From contig CM082577.2 in assembly GCA_040954595.2 (NCBI GenBank), positions 8,953,846-9,017,845 of the forward strand: a stretch of 64,000 nucleotides of DNA. The letters are read 5' to 3'. Every line of letters begins with the position of its first letter. The stretch's first letter is position 1. Shown here piece by piece: positions 63,466-64,000 of this stretch. Origin of the DNA: Balanoglossus misakiensis. Its lineage: Eukaryota; Animalia; Hemichordata. The translations under genes were made by a program, and so were the position numbers. The notes beneath the pieces are model-generated. The model did no database searches and was not told where the DNA came from. It saw only the letters and a list, made by a program, of their open reading frames with translations.

Positions 63466-64000
63466 ATGGCAACATTGTTTTTTCTTCACGTGATAGAATC
63501 TACCTGTACTGCCACATGCCGTCACAGACTGCAGATTTTAATCCTTTCGTCTAAATTTCCAAAAAAACTGAAGTGAAAAGTTTTCAGTTGCAAGAAAAGA
63601 GAAATGATAACAAAATGACATAATACACTCAACAAAATGTCAAGACAGAATAATTTAGCATTGCTGAAGAAAATATACTCATAAGTATATAGACTTGACA
63701 GTTTCATCCTCTTGTCTGAATATTGGACACTGAAGATTTGAGAGCTCTCTATACACAGCAAATTATTTTCTTTATTATGAAAAATATACTGGGCAAGCAG
63801 GTGAAATAATTATGTGAAATGCCTGATAACACTTGGCTAAACGTAACATGAAATGATGACAGAATTCAATTAAATGGCTAATTTTCTACACTATTCCTCA
63901 CCAGGCATTTCTTACAACAACCACGATTCACAAAGCACTGCAGTAGATATTTTTTTTAAAGCACTAGCCTTTTTTAAATTTTTACAGAAACTGTCTGTAC

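Noticed and set aside
1-64000. CRISPR arrays, tRNA/rRNA genes, conserved miRNAs, autonomous transposases
   Set aside because: None seen by eye; the DNA is eukaryotic and no long ORF or repeat-spacer array is present. A covariance-model scan would be needed to exclude small RNAs.

Overview
AT-rich animal (probably marine invertebrate bilaterian) genomic DNA with GT-AG introns. 1-20 kb has no recognisable gene and is visibly richer in CpG than the rest. 21.5-50 kb (minus strand) holds two tandem paralogues of a ~20-exon coiled-coil gene that I recognise by motif similarity as CCDC154-like: copy A at 21510-34613 and copy B at 36273-49940, with a candidate first exon at 59356-59390. A complete 6-exon GRWD1 gene lies at 60096-63465 (+), head-to-head with copy B. 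Short non-autonomous DNA transposons (Kolobok-, piggyBac-, Tc1/pogo- and Academ-like) sit mostly in introns. The most interesting signal is the splicing architecture shared by both paralogues: in-frame microexons of 3, 12, 21 and 27 nt (possibly also 9 nt), and two to three alternative last exons that swap charged C-terminal tails. There is also patchwork gene conversion between the copies and one broken exon in copy B. All gene models were assembled by eye from splice signals, phase arithmetic and comparison of the two paralogues. No database or transcript data were available.
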